Made by a program: the position numbers and the translations under genes | Origin: Ramazzottius varieornatus | Taxonomy: Eukaryota > Animalia > Tardigrada | Direction of reading: 5' to 3' | DNA: 64,000 bases | Assembly (NCBI GenBank): GCA_001949185.1 | Contig: BDGG01000004.1 | Location: 459,620 to 523,619, forward strand | Notes under the pieces: generated by a model | What the model was told of the DNA's origin: nothing | The model's input: only the letters and a program-made list of their open reading frames with translations | Database searches by the model: none | Part shown: one piece after another, positions 61,591 to 64,000 of the stretch | Layout: every line of letters starts with the position of its first letter | Position numbering within the stretch: the first letter of the stretch is position 1

Positions 61591-63524
61591 GACTTCTGAG
61601 AGTCCTTCTCTTCCCGTTCGCGTTCCCGAAGTGTTCTGTGTGGAGGAAGAACGAACGGAAATGGTAACGAAGACATTAGCCCATGGTATGGATAAGCTGA
61701 GGTCGTCAGAGCGGACAGTGGTCACCAGCTTTGAGAAAGTAGATGTGGAAACACACAAAGAGCGGGATCAGCTGCTGTCTCAGATCCATCAGATGTCCGA
61801 GCGTCTTCACCTGACACAAGTACTCTCTGAAGAACTTCAAAATCAGCTTCTTAACACGGAAGCTTCTTACGCCAGGGAACGCCAAAGCATGCTGGAACAA
61901 GTAACAACTCTCACCGATCAGCTCAAGATCTCACAGGAGCTGACAACATCACTCATGGAGAAGAACACGGTACTGTCTGCAGAGGCAAAAGAGTACAGAG
62001 TGAAAAATGTGGCCGAACTTTGCACTTTGCAAACGCTAGTCGAAGACTTGAAAAACAAAGAGCAAAGGCTGATTGAAGAGCTAGAAAAATACCAATGCAT
62101 GGATCTGAATCGGAAAAATACAGCCGAGGTGCTTGCCGAAAGCGATCTAGAGACAAAGGCGAAGGTAGAACTGCTGGAAAGCGAGCTGGCCTCCACGCTG
62201 GAAAAATGTCTGGGCTTCCAGAAGGACTTGACAGATGGACGAGAGGAACTAGCGGCCAAGCAGGACGAGATAAAGAAACTGAAAGACCTCGTAGAAATCC
62301 AGATGACGGAAGCCCAAGCCGATAAGCAAAGATTCGAGGAAGAACTGAAAGACAAGGAGAGAACGAAAAACTCTTCGGATATGGAAAAGCTGGAAGCTGA
62401 GAATAAAGTTCTTCTGGAAAAAGTCGAGAAGATGGAAGATGAGCTGGAAAGCGTCACAGGAATTAGGGACAGTTTGGAAAAGGAACATAAAAAACTTGAA
62501 GCCAAGCTAGAAGCTCTCTGTAAGGGGAGAGAGGAGCTGGGAAAGAAACTGGAAGAAAGCGAACGTTTGTCGGTCCAGAGCCAAATCAGTATCGTCACTC
62601 ACCAGAAACTATTGCAGAATGAAGTGGACTCGTTACGGGAAGTAATCAGACTTCAGAATGATGACTTAGTCAAGAAGAGTGAAGAATTACAGAAAGAAAA
62701 AGTCCAACTGCAAGAAATATTGAGGGTAAACGACATTTACTACATGCTTTCGATCGTCTGGAAGGGTTTATTTTCTTGTTCCGTAGCTCATGGAGCAAGG
62801 AAGACGGGAACTAGTGTCCAAGAGCGTACTGATGGTGGGCAACGTAACTTCATTGCAGAAGACGTTCAGTGGGGAACTGCAGACTCTAAAACGGTCTTTC
62901 GGGTCAGTGCACAGAGTGAAAGAGAACATTTCTCTCGAAATGACCACCATTGCGAAGAAACGAAAAGCAGATCTCCTTGAGAACCATACGAGGGTAGAGT
63001 ACGTGTCCGCTGATTTGGAGAAAGCCAGGAAGGAGCACAAGGAAGTTGTGGATGAGATGCGTTCCATCCGGCAGGAACTGAACGTCGTGCGCCACAGGGA
63101 AAAGAAAAATGAGGCACAGATCAAAGTAGTCGAGGAAGAAAAAGCAAAGATCGAAACAGTAATTGGTGTTCTTGTTGACAGGCACCATTAATGTGAAGGA
63201 ACAGTGTTTGGTTTTTAGCAATGCGAAGCTGAACTGAATCACTACAAGGATCTTCTCCAAACGGTGCAGTCGTCGAGTCGAATGCTATCTGACGAACTGA
63301 ATTCGTTGGTAGCCGAGAAGGCAGAACAAGCAAAAGTGTACAAGAAGCTAGCCCGGCTAGAAGTTGAAACGGCGGAACTCCAGAGACAGAAGAGCAGGTT
63401 GTCTTCGGACCTGGACAAAATGTCGGAAGAAGCCTACAAAAAGCAAGAAGCGTTAAGGAACCAACTCGCCGCAGCAAAAAGCCAGTTGCAACAGGCGACC
63501 ACGGACCACGCCATCGTCCTGTCG
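61591..63524 (+). CDS. Long coiled-coil protein, family not recognised; 5' start uncertain and gene probably continues past the window
   Basis: E/K/L-rich heptad ORFs 61631-62980, 62790-63191 and 63264-63536, joined by short GT-AG introns (about 62727-62786 and 63159-63218). Final donor TCG|GTAAGT at 63525. Confidence 0.75.
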
Positions 63525-64000
63525 GTAAGTTATTAGGCACCTTGCGCGCCAGCGAGAAGATTATTACGAACGGTGAAATTCACGACGATGGAATTTGGCT
63601 TTCATCCTCGACGTGAAATTTGATTTGGAGCGCTGCAAGTAAATGACCACGAACTATGCACGGGCCAGCATCGTAGTGAAATTTCAAAGTGACGAAGGAA
63701 GGAGACCTTCGTCGTGATTTTGCCACCGTCACGAAGCTCACCTGGCGTAATTTACTTAACGATCAAGGCTGACTCATCGCTCAACGTAAAGTTTGAATGC
63801 TCGTAGTGAAATTTTGGCTGGCACGCAAGGTCCCTATTGTCACAACTTTGAGGCCTGAGGAAATACGAGCTTCGCAGCAGAACCCCGTTCTTTCGATTCG
63901 AGCAACTTCTTCCATTTATTCTGGCCCTCGCAGTGCGAAATTCGCATTCGCGAAGATTCCGCCGACGAAGTGCAGGAAAGGACATTAGAAAGGGCGGCAA

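Noticed and set aside
61918-62598. Ser/Phe-rich 226-aa minus-strand ORF, and similar antisense ORFs over ankyrin and ZCCHC8 (e.g. 3979-4653, 22586-23326)
   Set aside because: Antisense shadows of E/K-rich coding exons.

Overview
Eukaryotic (animal) genomic DNA from a gene-dense genome with short GT-AG introns. It is an invertebrate, and the compactness would fit a tardigrade-like ecdysozoan, but that is inference only. Genes in order: the 3' part of a giant ankyrin (end of UPA, death domain, then about 19 further exons encoding roughly 4,400-4,500 aa of mostly disordered tail, with a probable short-isoform stop/polyA); ZCCHC8 (-); a secreted Gln-rich protein with a bacterial-type lamin-tail-like domain; a white-type ABCG transporter; MOGS; VMA21; a NIDO-IPT-AMOP-VWD-Sushi (SUSD2/Mesh-like) protein; PP2A catalytic subunit (-) head-to-head with RACK1; an otopetrin; and a coiled-coil gene running off the right end. 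The most interesting signals are three. (1) The ankyrin tail reads as a modular docking scaffold: an array of AnkG/AnkB-type extended LIR (Atg8/GABARAP) motifs, several AKAP-like helices, PP1 RVxF sites, phospho-FFAT clusters and obscurin-binding-like repeats, carried on exons flanked by Rbfox (TGCATG) clusters. (2) A dispersed, mostly intronic MITE-like family contains 1-3 AAGTGGCGCAC hairpin modules per copy. (3) Lineage-specific changes occur in conserved proteins: an otopetrin TM6 Glu->Gln substitution and a lengthened RACK1 loop. All family calls come from recalled motifs and hand translation, not database searches.
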